Shown: positions 34,383 through 48,950, counted from the first letter of the whole stretch. The stretch is 63,168 nt of DNA, filler included, from Octopus bimaculoides (GCF_001194135.2; 8 parts of 7 records of this genome joined end to end with filler, not necessarily neighbours in it), one strand, 5' to 3'. Numbers and translations: made by a program. The notes: generated by a model from the sequence alone, not told the origin.

Positions 34383-37300
34383 CGAATATAAAAAAGGAAA
34401 ATGCGCGCTGACGACCCTGGGGAGTGGGGAGGGGACTTTCGGAAAATTCACAAGATCCAATTTTTCCGTCATAACTTTCGGTAAAATGGATATATATTGA
34501 TTTTTGTTACGGAATGCCACGTTTTTGGTTACGGAGGATCCGATTCTGAAAAACGGTAACTGGGTCCCATAATGTAGGAGTTACGCTGTTTTGGCTGTTT
34601 TTTTTTCTTTCTTTCCATCCACTTCCTAAAACACCATACTGAATGTGTAGTGATAACATAAAATCAAGTACATAAAATACCAGAAAAGGAAAGGATACTA
34701 AATAACGCCGGACAAAACGTTTAGCAGCATTTTTTCTGGCTTTATGTTCTGAGTTCAAATCCTACCGTGGTCAACTTTGTCTTTCATCCTTTCAGGGTCG
34801 ATAAAATGAATATCAATCAAGTACCGGGATCGATATAATCGATTAAACTCTTCGCCCGAAATTGTTGGCCTTGAGCCAAAATTAGGAAGGATTATTATTT
34901 TTGAGAGTACGATGATGGTTAAGCTTCGTTATTTTCTTGACAATATTTCTTAACCGACATATTCAATAGTAACAACGAAAGTGACTATCGTGAGTGAGCT
35001 CACTCGTCTCTGGGGGAAAAAAAAGACCCCAGCCCCACCCAAAAAGGTTGGGAGCTGGGGAAGAAAAAGAAAACAAGGTGGAGAATACGATCTGAGTGAT
35101 ATTAGGTTTAGGCATTTAAGTGTAAAAGTCTAACATGGTAACTTTCTATGTTGTTTAAAGATGAAATAAAGGCCGAAGTACTTTTAGATGAGACTACATG
35201 TAACCATGTGCTTGTAAGTGCGTGTATACATTGATGTGTTCATATATAATAACAATGTTGTGAATTAGACAAGTACAAATAACAGAAGTTATTTTAATAA
35301 AAAGTTACTATTTATATATATAGATNNNNNNNNNNACTTTATGTCAAGGTTAATTTTACACTCACCTTTGTTAAAAGAGCGAAGTGAAATGTAAATGAAT
35401 TCTTGAAGCTAAGCGCTTCTTTCTTCGTGTTTACTCTCTCTCCCACTTCTTTGAAACTGACGAGAATCAAGTGCGCTACTGCTGCTGATTTGATTTGATT
35501 GGCAAAGGAATAGAGAAAGAAAGAAAGAAAGAACATATAAATGAAAAGAAAAAAAAAAGAAAAAAAACTAATGGCGAAAAAAAAAAGAGGGAAGAAAAAG
35601 TAGGTTAGTAGGAAAAAGAGGAGGAGGGAACAGTCTGAAGAATATAATGACTGAGAAAGCAAAGTACAAAGCTCGAAAGAACATGATGAGCAATGCAAAC
35701 ATTAGCAGAGTATAAGCAAATGTGTACGTACATACATACTTAACATATAAACCTTTCATGGGTCCTGCAAACGAAGAAGCAAGGTCGTCTTAGCAGCATT
35801 ATAAGCCCCCGGGCAAATCAGTGCACTGGGCCCTTTCGTATGTATTTATTGACAGAAAGACACAGCATACATAAATTAGAACTGGGCCCTTAGACTACCC
35901 AATGTGCCTAAGCCTAAAGGGAGCACTGCGAAGAAGCACCCGTCTCTTTTTATGTATCTGGAACTGGATTGTCCAAGATGTCCCTTCTCTTTTTTGGATG
36001 CTAATATGTGTGATTTGAGAGAAATTTGGCTGCTATTTCTAGCAGATAGAGCAATCACGTAGAATCTACGTGATTGCTCTTTCTGTAATGTCGACGCGAC
36101 CTCATTGATTAGTTCCTATCGTATTTGTTGACACATATTATTTCCACCCCTCACACCGGGCCTATAAGGGAAATTTACTAAAGTGGAGTAAGACTGTTTT
36201 TAAGCTCCGGATGTGGACAGAACCCTTAAAATGCAGGGATCTGGGATATTTTATTTTTATTTTTATTTTTATTTTTAAAGAAGGGAAACCAACAACTAAT
36301 TAGAGCCCCTTCCCTCCCGCACCTTATTAGCTATTCGAGACCCGGAATAATGTGTTGAGTCCCACTACTCTCTGCTAGGAATTGTACGCTCGCACACACT
36401 CGCTCATCTATGAATTAGAAAAACTGGTAATAAAATCTAGTTGATTATATTTAGGAAGCGCTGTCTTGCTCCAATGAATATTTATTTTTCTGCCTTTATC
36501 AAAAAAATCAAGTTTTAGCAAATAGTAATCACTGATAAGCCCACTTCAGATACAGTGGAATCTAATTTAATTTCTAAAGTACATAGTGTAAAGAGATAAA
36601 TATTACACGAGCTAAGATAGTCTTTCAGGCATGAGCAATTTTTTCGAGAAGTGGGCCGCATGAGACATGACTCATTATCTGGTGGGCCGCTAGAAACAGC
36701 AACCAATTTGACCTGTTAGAAATAGCAACTAAATCTCATTTAAATTGTTCTCTACTCTCTTATATAAAGGAAGAACACATTGGACAATGTAAACCTGATC
36801 ACTGGCCTTCGATTGATTTTTTTTCGTGACAGTAATCTTAATTACTCGCTCAGTTCTAAATCAGTTGTTCTTTGGGTTTCTGGTTTTGAGGATACCTTCC
36901 GCCCTTCCACCAGTCTAGGAAACCCAGCAAAAATAAATAAATAAATAAGCAAGGGACATGGTACTGTTCTTTCGTCCCTAACTAAACAGGAGAAAAAACC
37001 CCAGATGTTATGTAAAAAAAAATATTGCCGCAATGTTGCAGTGAAGGGTTTTTGTCGAATAAATCAACTCAAGTATTTTATTTTAAAGTTTGGTACTTAT
37101 TCTATCGGTCTTTTTTTGCCAAGCCGTTAGATCAGAGGAACGTAAACTAACCAACATAGTGGTCGCTGGGGGAGGGGGATAAAATCAAAGACATACACAT
37201 ATATACGTATATGCATACGACAAATTTCCACACAGTCTCCGTCTACCAAATTCACCCACAAAACATTGGTCGACTCTAGGTTATAGTAGAAGACAATTGT

Positions 37301-39065
37301 CCATGGTGCCGCACAGTGGAACCGAATTCGAAACCAAAGCGATCTTCTTAACAATAGAACCATGCATGCGCCTCTCTAATGAAGTGCAATAAAAATGTTC
37401 AATCCTCGGTCAGAGGATCATGTGTGTTTAGTTGTTCTGTCAACTTAACTCCCCAGCATGCAAAACTACATCAGAACTAGATTTTTTGAAAATATTATGG
37501 TGAAAATTTGAAAAATTTCAAGTGGTCAGAAAAGATTTAACAAAATTCTTACCTTGTATTTTGGGTTTTTTTTTTGTATGGAAGTCACATTTGATTCCAG
37601 ACGAAGTGATATATTCAAAGATATTTATTTTGTTCTTAAATTTTTGTTCTTAATTTTTTAGACACAAGAGACATCATATGATTAAAATCGAGGGCAGTAA
37701 ATGTGTCGATTTCAGGAGTGGATTTTAAGAAAATGAATAGAGAGATTCTTCCGATTTGTCATCGGAGACATTTTTACTAAATTATAGGATCGAAGGTCTA
37801 AGTAAAGAGAGGAAATAGGAAATAAGAGAGATTGACAATGTATAAATAATTGTCTAGAAGTGGTTGCTGAGGAATTTGAAGTCACTAACCTGATTGTCGT
37901 TACTAGCTTCATTGCATGTCCTATCTGATGCCATCGCTATTGCCATTGGTACTGAAATAAAAAGAGATAATTTTACAGCGAGTTGAGTCAGTAATCCAGA
38001 TTAATGTACAGCAAAAAAAAAAAAAAATCTCGTCGCATGTATGTAAGCGTAAGTTTGGATAGCCTGTCCTCAGCACAAACTACCTACCTGTATATAGGTA
38101 CGTAAACAAGAAGCGACTTGCTGTTTAAAGTAGCAATAACACTTTTGATTTGACATCGTAAGCAATAATAATTCCTAATGTAGGAAGAGTTATCTACAGT
38201 AAACTAAGCGTTCTAAGCATGTAACTTTAAAATGGTAAAGTTATATTCACGCATAGCTCCGAAAACTAGGCATAAGCACCACGCCATGTACATTATTTGT
38301 ATATCGGAAAAGATTAGTTAGCATTTAATTCAACTGTATACGAAAGCACTCTCAGGAAGAGACTGTGGCAGTAAGTCCCATACATCATTTGGGACTTACT
38401 GCCACCGTAATTTGGGGTACGATAGATAACTTAAAGTTCAAGTAGTCTTACTAGTCAGCTTGAAAAGGTAAATATCTTTTTACATTACGAAAGTTAAAGT
38501 CAGGACCCGATTAAACTAATTACCCACCGGTATTTCTGAAATTACCACTACATACAGTAACACATTACACATAAAGGACCAATTTATAGAAGTACATTAC
38601 ACCAACCTGTAGTACCTAGTTACAACAGCATATTACACCGATATATAGTACCTAGTGAAAACAGGACATTACATCAGTCCTGCAGCACCAATTTACAAAG
38701 CCATGGTATCTAATTACAACAGTGCTACATTGACCTGTGGTATATTGTTAATGGAATGCATTACAGTGATAGGGAGACTTAACACTTGGAAGAACCCTGG
38801 AGTCTCTGAGTACTACTTTGGTATAAAGAGGTGCAGTGTGATGATGTTTTCTTGATAAGTAGCGCTTCTGCTTGTGGCTTAATTTATTTGTTGCTATTGG
38901 AAAAGACAAGATTTAAATAGTCCAGTGGATGGTATTTTAGAGATCTCTGTTAATGGAATCTATGGGTTTGGCGTATGATGTCTAAGCTGTATGTACACTA
39001 GTAGTCATGCGCTATGTGTGAAAGGATACTCAGATACAGTCACACACATACATACACGTGTATGT

Positions 39066-39116
<51 letters not shown>

Positions 39117-40330
39117 AAATGATTTATCAATATCACGTACCTGAATCGAACAGGGGGCAAACTGCATCGCCAGGTTCAGCTACTTGATATTGAAAAGCTG
39201 CAAAATAGCGAAATGTCGATATCCATCACTCCTGAATGGGATTAGAGACGAGTTGCCTCACTATCTATGGCTTACAGGTATTTTAACACCCAGTGCTTTG
39301 AAGGAATCATCTCCACCGTACTAACCCGCAGCGTACCGGCGAACAAGCAAAACACATGTATTGAATATATGCAGTCGATAATATATTTTAGTATGTATGT
39401 ATTCAACGGACTTCCACTCAGATTCTGTCAACCAAATTTACTCACAAGGCTATCCGGAGCCTATTATCTTTTACTTGCTTTTTATCTTTTACATTTCCAA
39501 GGTGTCGCGCCGTGGGACTGAATCCGAAAAAAATGTGTCTCAAAGGCGAGCTTCTTAAGCACACAGTCATTTGTTTCCTCTATTTCCATTAGATACAAAA
39601 TTCGTTTTCTAATGGAATGTTAAACAAATATGTTCCACCAGCTATTCGGCATTTAAACACGATATTTATATGCTGACGAATATCCGCCTGGCATATATCG
39701 GACATACAAGGAAAACTGAACTGATGGAATGAGAGATACTTTTAGATTCTTCCTATTTTTCTTTTTCTATACATTTTCTTATCTCATTACGAGGTGGTCG
39801 GCGGCATGGTAGGTAGGTCAATTATACGTGCACTATTTCTCGGTTATTCGTTTATTCTCCTGTCAGTCTGAAAAGTTATCGTCTTTCCTTGTTAATAGGA
39901 GTCGGTAGTTGTGTTGGGAACACACGATAAAAAGTTATATAAATAAAACAAAATAAAATAAAATGTGATTTGGATAAATATATAAATAAATGAAAATAGA
40001 AAACTCTGACATTAACATTAAAAACAATCTTTGGAGAAAGAGTAAAACGTTTGACATTTAAGGAATGCAAAAACAAAATAAGTCAAATTTGTTACTCGAT
40101 CTACTACAAATAGCAGCCAACTCGCCCTTAAAGCACACCCTCACATGTCTTTAAAAACAGTCAGAGATATGACAATCGTTCGGTATTGGTCTAGAGCAGT
40201 TGTTCTCAACGGTGATTCATATGACCCCAGAGGGCCAATATATAATTTTGCAGGCTCCACGCTAGCAAAATAGTAAATTGAGGATCCACAGTAGCATATT
40301 AAAGGCTCATGAAAAAGCTTTGGCCTAGAT

Positions 40331-40627
40331 CAGGGGCTTTCAAACTTTTTGACTTGCGGACCCCTTTATATTTCAGGCTTTACCTTAGGGACCCCTTTAT
40401 AAACGCTTATGAAATTTATACATAAATATTTGCTTAAAATAACATATATTTTTGCATTTATTTATTTAACAGCATTTTTCAAATAGGTTTATTGTCAATT
40501 AAAAGATTTCGATTAAAAAACATATATAAAATCAAATTGCTCATAAAAAGTATTTGCTGTCCACGGACCCCCTGTCTTGTCCTTGCGGACTCCCTGTGGT
40601 CCACGGACCACAGTTTGAAAACCCCTG
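40331..40627. mobile_element. hAT-Charlie/Buster MITE, 297 bp, nested in an older hAT MITE
   Basis: TIR CAGGGGCTTTCAAAC / GTTTGAAAACCCCTG; 8-bp TSD GCCTAGAT (central TA) at 40323-40330 and 40628-40635; outer element begins CAGTTGTTCTCAAC near 40196. Confidence 0.9.
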
Positions 40628-41362
40628 GCCTAGATGTATTTATTGCAAGAAACAGCTTAATTTCTTTTCTGAAATGTTTTACCATAGTTCAACCGACACA
40701 AGTTGATGTGTGAAAAAAAAACAAAATCGGGATTGTGAAAGAAGTATCAATAAAACAAATTTTTAAACACCAAATGGCTATGAAGATTCACCAGAGTAGA
40801 ATAGCAGCCAGAGCGATTCATAGATAAAAAACATGATTGAGAACCCTTGCACTCGAGTGTGTCGGTGAGAGGAGACAACTTTATTCACCCTCGTTTTCAG
40901 TCTAGAGTCTTCGTCTGTGTCATGAGTGAAGGTTGCGTGGGCGCATGACGTCGAGTACCAGTATCGAAGGATTGCCAGGAGACATAATATCGTGCTGGAC
41001 ACTAGAAAACAGACGAGATAATCAACGTTGGAATGCATTTGATCATGGAGTCTCTTTGCTCTATCAAGGATGATCTGGAATTTAGCGACCACTGAAAAAA
41101 AAAGAAACAAAACTACTCGTATAATTCGCAATGTTTTCTTTGTTTTGTATTTCTATAAATAAACTTATTTAACAATGACAAGGGGATGTGGCGGTGGTGG
41201 TCGTAGATACAAGAATAGCAGTAGTAATGAGTGAAAGTAAGACGAAAGCGGAAGCTATGGAAGTGAGACGGTGAATGGTTGTTTTAGACTACACTATTAA
41301 ACGACCAGTCACTGATTGTCGGAACGGAAATTTACCAAGTGTTTTAAGTTTACTTGATGACA

Positions 41363-41409
<47 letters not shown>

Positions 41410-42499
41410 NNNNNNNNNNNNNNNNNNNNNNNNNNNNNNNNNNNNNNNNNNNNTTAATTAATTAANNNNNNNNNNNNNNNNNNNNNNNNNNNNNNNNNNN
41501 NNNNNNNNNAGTTCAAATTTCGCTTTCGTTTTTTACCTTTCGGAGTTGACTCGATTTTTGCTTTTCGGAGTTGATAAAAAGGTACCAATTGAACATTGGG
41601 GGGTCAATGTATTCGATTTCTACTCCTTCCAAATTGATGGCCTCGCACCCACCACACAAATTTTTTTTTTTTTTTTTAAATATTTGAAATCACTATTTTT
41701 CATGATCTATAGCGGGGCAGTGAACTTGCAAGATCGTTAGAATGTTCGAGAAATCTTCTGCAGTGTCTGTTGCAATTTTTTATGTTCCTCTTTCAAATTC
41801 CGCCATGGTCAACTTCACCTCTCGTTCTTTCGATGACAATAAAATAAAGTACCAGTCAATTACTGGTGTCAATGGTATCGATTAATCCTTTCCCCCTCAA
41901 AACTGCTGGTCTTGCGCTTTCATTCGACACAATGATTGATGTTTTCCATGTTTTGTACTTTGTTGATTTTATTAGTGTCTTCTGCATTAAATATTTCACC
42001 TTCCAGCCCTACTTTCAGTTTAACACAGATTTACTGTTGCTACATTTTTATAGATGGAGACTATACTTGCTCATATTTCTGATAAATAATTTGTAGAGGA
42101 ATTTCGTGACTTGCCCCGAATTTTACACCCATTTCCATGGCATTGGTTTTAGATCTGCATGTATCCCTCGCGTCACAGAAATGTTGCGTTCCTGAGTATC
42201 TTGCTATAATTTTGGCATCTGTAATATGGATACGCCCTTCACGTTGACATCTAGGTTCAGCGAGTTCCATGTTCATTGATTCCCATGTAACATGTGAGTC
42301 AATGAAAAAATGGTTTCGGGTTACGGAATTTTACGAAGAGCCACTCTCGAAACGTCAACCCGTCTCTCTTTTTTTTTTTTTTTTCCAGCTTAAACCACTT
42401 TTGAGCATCAATCTAATATATTCACTGTGTTTGTCTTTTTAACTTTTGTCGTTTTTCCTGTTTTTGTTCTTACTTTTGATTTGTATATTGAATATATGT

Positions 42500-43005
42500 A
42501 TGTCTTTGTGTGTGTGTGTGTGTGTGTGTGCGTGTATGTTGACAACCGGTGTTGGTTTGCTTACGTCCAGGTAACATAGTGGTTCGGCAAAAGACATCGA
42601 TAGAATAAGTACCAGACTATAAACAAAAATAAAAATAAACACTCGGGTGGATTGGATTTGTTCGACTAATCCCTTTAATTGACCCCCAAGACTTATTTAT
42701 TTATTCATTATTCGTTAAGCCTAGTACTCAATCTATCGTACTCTTTTACCGAACTGCTAACTTACAGAGACGTGAACGCATCAACACCAGTTGTCAAGCA
42801 GTGGATGGGACAAACACAGACACACACACACTGACACACACATGACAGGTTTCTTTCAGTTTCCGTCTACAAAATCTACTGGCAAGGCTTTAATCAGCCC
42901 GTGGCTATAGTAGGAGACAGTTTCCCGAGGTGTCACGAAGTGGTACTGAACCCAGAACCATGTGGTTAAGAAGCAAATTTCTTACCACACACCGACACCT
43001 GTGTA
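42500..43005. mobile_element. Two SINE A pieces tail-to-tail (+ tail 42500-42670; minus copy 42690-43005)
   Basis: Family A motifs on both strands. Confidence 0.7.
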
Positions 43006-44054
43006 TGCATGCATGCATGNNNNNNNNNNNNNNNNNNNNNNNNNNNNNNNNNNNNNNNNNNNNNNNNNNNNNNNNNNNNNNNNNNNNNNNNNNNNNNNNN
43101 NNNNNNNNNNNNNNNNNNNNNNNNNNNNNNNNNNNNNNNNNNNNNNNNNNNNNNNNNNNNNNNNNNNNNNNNNNNNNNNNNNNNNNNNNNNNNNNNNNNN
43201 NNNNNNNNNNNNNNNNNNNNNNNNNNNNNNNNNNNNNNNNNNNNNNNNNNNNNNNNNNNNNNNNNNNNNNNNNNNNNNNNNNNNNNNNNNNNNNNNNNNN
43301 NNNNNNNNATATATATATATATATAAATCACACTGATGACGTATGTCAGGGTATCAGACAGTATATTATTTTTGACATCGTTTTTTTGTTGTCATTTTTG
43401 CTGTTGTTGTTACTGTTGATACTCTCATGTTGTTTATTGTGTGCCGTGAATCCTCACTGTGTAAATATATCATTGGATTGTTTCTTAATTACCTTCATAT
43501 GGTGACTTTCAAATGTTTACACCGTGTACAAGTGACTTGGTCCAACTTGATCATTCCCACCCCGCTTGCTAATTGGTGACTGCCACATACACACACAAAG
43601 GCACATAGATGTATATACATCCATACACGTATACACATACAAAGACACATAGATGTATACATCCATAAACATATTTTTTTTACAGCTTTCTTATTCGTGC
43701 ACTCACGCATACACCACGCTCTTCCTTCCCACCTCTCATTCAAGTATCCATATGCACCCCTTAACAACTTTCTCACTTCCATAGGCACACGAAACGAACT
43801 TGCTCGAAGTCAGTTTCTACTTTTTTTTTTTTGAAGCAAAACTTAGAAATAAGAATAAAAGAATAAAAATATTGAAACGCTATGAAAATGTATTTATGTA
43901 CCCCTCCCCACAAAAAAAAGAATTAACGAAAATAACAATAACGGCTGTGATGATGATGATGATGATGACGATAACTATGATAATGATGCTGATGTTGATG
44001 ACGACTATGATGATGATGGTAATGGTGATGATGATAACGATGATGATGATGATG

Positions 44055-44108
<54 letters not shown>

Positions 44109-45214
44109 NNNNNNNNNNNNNNNNNNNNNNNNNNNNNNNNNNNNNNNNNNNNNNNNNNNNNNNNNNNNNNNNNNNNNNNNNNNNNNNNNNNNNNNNNNNN
44201 NNNNNNNNNNNNNNNNNNNNNNNNNNNNNNNNNNNNNNNNNNNNNNNNNNNNNNNNNNNNNNNNNNNNNNNNNNNNNNNNNNNNNNNNNNNNNNNNNNNN
44301 NNNNNNNNNNNNNNNNNNNNNNNNNNNNNNNNNNNNNNNNNNNNNNNNNNNNNNNNNNNNNNNNNNNNNNNNNNNNNNNNNNNNNNNNNNNNNNNNNNNN
44401 NNNNNNNNNNNNNNNNNNNNNNNNNNNNNNNNNNNNNNNNNNNNNNNNNNNNNNNNNNNNNNNNNNNNNNNNNNNNNCCACCACCACCACCACCACCACC
44501 ATTTTCATTCCACTCTCACCGTAACAAGATCACACTCGTACAGCACTCCCACTACCACTCTTTTTAATATCCATCTCGCGAATAGAAATACATTTAATGA
44601 GTGAGGTTTGATCGACTGGCTGGCCGGCTGGCTGGCTGGTTAGTTGGTTGGTTGGCTGGCTGCCTGTCTGCCTAGATAGCTGCAGAAGCAAATACAATAT
44701 GTCTTATAAGAGATACTTTCTTAAAATCCCTTTGGATACCAAACCGTATAAAATTTCCCTGGTGCTATGATACAAAATTCATGTTTTAAAGTGATTTAAA
44801 TTACTAACTTGCATCAAAATTTCAAAATTATTTAGAATAAGAATCAAACATTCGACATAATCTAAAACCTCTGAAGGCAGTGAGTGTTCCAGCATAGCTG
44901 CAATCTAGTAATTCAAACCAGTAAGAGTTAGTAAGTTGTATACATACTGAGTATAAAGTTTAAAGGTTTCAAACTGCTGTATTTGTCTTGAAAAAATATC
45001 TCTTATAGACACATAATGTTAAAAACGCAGAAACGATATCAGCAGGATGTGAAGGTCGCTCAGCACCGATGGCAAAGTTGTTGGGATCTTTCGGATCGAT
45101 TAGATAAGTACCAGTTACGCACTGGGTTGATGTAATCGACTTACCCCCTCCCCGCAAATTTCAAGCCTTGTGCCTATAATAAAAAGGTCTACTACTACTA
45201 CTACTGTTATTATT

Positions 45215-45554
45215 ATTTTCTCTTTATGACAAGTTTTGTTGGAGCTCCTGGAGTCTTGCATGCGTAGCGGGTTTACTACCTGCCTAATACTTTCCTGATT
45301 ATTCTGCTCATGACAAAGAGGCAAACCTTTTGTAACAGTTCTACTGGGCACTCTATTCCAATTTCCTTTATATTCCTCTTGATGCCTTCTGATATACTGT
45401 CCCCAAGGACCTANNNNNNNNNNATTCCTCTTGATGCCTTCTGATATACTGTCCCCAAGGACCTAACAATAATTGGCACTATCTTCACTTTCTTCATTTT
45501 CCGTAGCCGGGCTATTTCGTACTGAAGAGGGTTGTATCTATCTATCTATCTATA

Positions 45555-45619
<65 letters not shown>

Positions 45620-47080
45620 GTCTGTCTGTCTGTCTTAACTATTCGTAGGTCAAAGGGGCACACAACGTCAACTATATAGTATATGTAGTGCACCTTGTCG
45701 ACCACCACTAGGTCCGATCTGTTGTGCTCTAGCACCTGATCTGATTGAATTTGGAAATCCCAGAGGATTTTGCTAGTCTCTGACTCTACCGCTCTCTGCG
45801 GTTTGTGCTCATACTACGTCTTGCTTCTCTCTAGCTTTCACTTTTTGCACAGTTTCCGTCGTAGCAGTTTCGCTACCTGGTCGTGTCGCTACAACTGGTA
45901 TTGGTTTTGGGCATGTCTAAGGCATTGGTTCGTGATATGGACAATGGTTTCATCCGCTCTATCACAGATGCGGCACAGCGGATACAGTTGCTCATTCCTC
46001 AGGTTGACCTTCCAGTTCGTGGCCAGAACTGGGTTCCTGCTCTGCCAGTATAGTTAGTGCTCTCGGTCTTTTCTATAAGGGTTCCTATCATCAACCAATC
46101 CCACCTATTTTTTTCCAGCAACGTCTGTTGTGGCTACGTGGAATTGATTGTGTAGTCCCTTCTGGCGTAATTCTTCAGCGTGTCCTTTTTGTACTTCTTC
46201 CTTCGTTTTCCCTTTTTTCTCTGCTCTCAATTTTCCCTCGTTCCTAGCAAGGTTTCCTGACTTTGAGCTAGGTATCTCATTAAACTCTCGAATTCGATAC
46301 GCACGCAGTCTTCCAGACTTATCAATCCTTTTCCTCCATTTGCTCTCTTCATGTATAGGCAATCAGTGTCTGCATGTGGATGATGGGCACTGTGCATCGT
46401 TAAGAACTTTTTTGACTTCTTGTCCATCTCCTTTAGTTCCTTCTCTGTAAAGGCAATTCAACCTCAATCCAGTTATAAATATCTGGGAATACTTGAAGCA
46501 GATGGAATCAAACACCATGACATGAAGGAAAAGACAAAAGGAGAGTACCATGCGGCGAGTGAGAAAAATATTGGCTTCCAAACTGAATGCCAGAATCATA
46601 ATTTCGGCAATAAACTCGCGCGCCATCGCCAGAACTACTGTGATTGCGCGCGAGTTTATTGCCGAAATTATGATTCTGGCATTCAGTTTGGAAGCCAATA
46701 TTTTTCTCACTCGCCGCATGGTACTCTCCTTTTGTCTTTTCCTTCATGTCATGGTGTTTGATTCCATCTGCTTCAAGTATTCCCAGATATTTATAACTGG
46801 ATTGAGGTTGAATTGCCTTTATCATTTCACCACTTGGCAACCATATGCCTTCTGTCCTGGCAAGCTTTCCTCGTCTCATCACTATTGTAGCACATTTTGA
46901 GAGTCCAAACTGCATCTTAATATCACTGGAGAAAATCCGCACAAACTGAAATATGCTGTCCAGTTCTGCCTCAGTTTTTGTGAATAACTTCAGGTCGTCC
47001 ATGAATAGCAAGTGGTTTAGTTTTCCCTTACCTCTTCCCAGATCATACCCCAACTTTGTTTTCTGTAATATTTCACTCAA
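45215..47080 (-). mobile_element. 5'-truncated R4/Dong retrotransposon (RT, CCHC, restriction-like endonuclease), disrupted
   Basis: NHLLFMDDLKLF (RT), YKYLGILE, HPHADTDCLYMKRANGGKGL, LCRICDRADETIVHITNQC (CCHC), ILWDFQIQSDQVLEHNRSDLVVVDK...IVDVVCPFD (REL); 3' end runs into (TAA)/(TAG) repeats. Confidence 0.92.
46448..46821. repeat. Inverted repeat, 176-bp arms (46448-46623, 46646-46821) with a 22-nt spacer
   Basis: Arms read as reverse complements by eye and give identical translations on opposite strands in the ORF track. Confidence 0.92.
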
Positions 47081-47428
47081 TGAGTGAAATACATTTCGAC
47101 GGATGCACTCTAAAATGTCTGGCAGGATAAATAATGGTCAGTAGTGCACCAATCTCTTCAGGAGGTTTATGATAACAAGTTCATCAAAAAACATGGTAAC
47201 CGAAAAAAGTAAGTCCTATAAAATGTAACATATTTATATTTATATGGACACAGGCATTCACACTCAAACATGTGACGTGTAAAATATAAACATTATATTC
47301 ATACAAAAACACAAACGTATACAAACACATACATACACACTCATCAAAATGCAAACACTTACACATATACATACATATATACGTATATACATATTTATAT
47401 TACTATATATCTATATAAAATATTATAT

Positions 47429-47469
<41 letters not shown>

Positions 47470-48399
47470 NNNNNNNNNNTACATACATACATACATACAT
47501 ACATACATACATACATACATACCTTCATATTCTGAGATATACTCACAAACATATGCATATATATCTCTACACATATACTCGTAAATATTCATGCGGTAAC
47601 GACTTTGAATCAAACCTGTACTAAAATATACGCTCACGTTCACATAGTAATACTCATAAACAAACTATCATTGATATACACAAGAGCATACGCATCCTAA
47701 AACATCAATAGACCTCAACACATAATTGTATACATATACACACACTTACTTAAACACATAAAGATTACGTTCATTCACAAAATATTTACATACGAACAAT
47801 GGACGCTTGGAATTTTAAATGACGTTGTCGGAACAAACGTGATTTTGTGAGAGAAGGAACTGAAGTAGAGAAAGATAGGGAGAGGGAAAGAAAGAAAAGA
47901 AAAGCCTGAAGAAAAAGAAAAGGAAATAAAAGAAACTTTGGATAAATCATTATTAGGTAATGGGAAGAAATTGTTTGAAAGAACTAAAAAAATGCTAAAT
48001 CATAGATTTTTAAACTCACTATAACTCTCATAAGCGTATAGCTAGAATCATAGAGATACTTAAGTATGTTTTACAGGACTTTAACGATCTCGACTTATAA
48101 ATATAAACAGACGTTCATACACATATAGAGGAGCGAACACCTCCCAAAATATTGACAGACATTAGCACACTACAAAAATAAAAACCATACACTTATAAGC
48201 ACATGTACAATTGTGCAAACTGATAAACAGAAGAAAAGTAAGAAAAGTTAATAAGGGGGGGAGTAAAGGTTAAGGGGAGTAAGATTGAGGAATATGGCAA
48301 AGAAGTTTGCATTAAATATTATTAGGTTTCGGGTGGATATTATTTGAAATTACTGAACGTGTGCTTTGTCTAATGGATGCATTTGAAAATTCTCTCTGT

Positions 48400-48950
48400 A
48401 AATTTGTTTACCGATTTATGCTTAGAGAAGAGAATAAAATATTGTTCTTCCGTGCATAAAGGGCAGAGAGATTTCTCTTTATCATAAGGAAAAGATCTAG
48501 AATTTTCCATTCCCCAAAAAAGGAATTGTTAGAGTCCTTATGGTCCCAGATTAGTTTACTGAGTCCCGAGGAGTTCTGCTTACGTTTGTATTTAAAGGTA
48601 GAGAAGTAGTTGGCCAGGCGGGATTTCAAATATGTTGAGGATAGTCCAGTATAAAAATATTCTTTGTTACTAGAAATAACCTTGCATTGGTAAACAGCGT
48701 TTTTAATTCTGCAATTTCCATTGAAGACATAGGTTTTACCCAGGCCGCAATTGAAAAAGCTGTTTGTACAGCTGCTATCATTTAAAGAGAGATTATTGTT
48801 GATGTTACTGTTAGTGTTTGCAAGATTAGTAGAAGAGAGATTAAAACCTCTTAGAATACGGTTATTATGTGACGATATAATTTGTGAGATGTTATTGGCA
48901 TTGGAAAAACCTACCCTAATACGGTGTGTGCTAAAAATCCGGTACATTCT
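48400..48950 (-). mobile_element. Penelope-like element C-terminus with GIY-YIG endonuclease, degraded
   Basis: NGNCRIKNAVYQCKV...YFYTGLSSTYLKSRLANY...FKYKRKQNSSGLSKLIWDHKD...EWKIL. Confidence 0.85.

Noticed and set aside
40848-41100. Possible solo LTR on the minus strand (AATAAA-containing GC-richer patch)
   Set aside because: No TG...CA termini with a TSD could be fixed.
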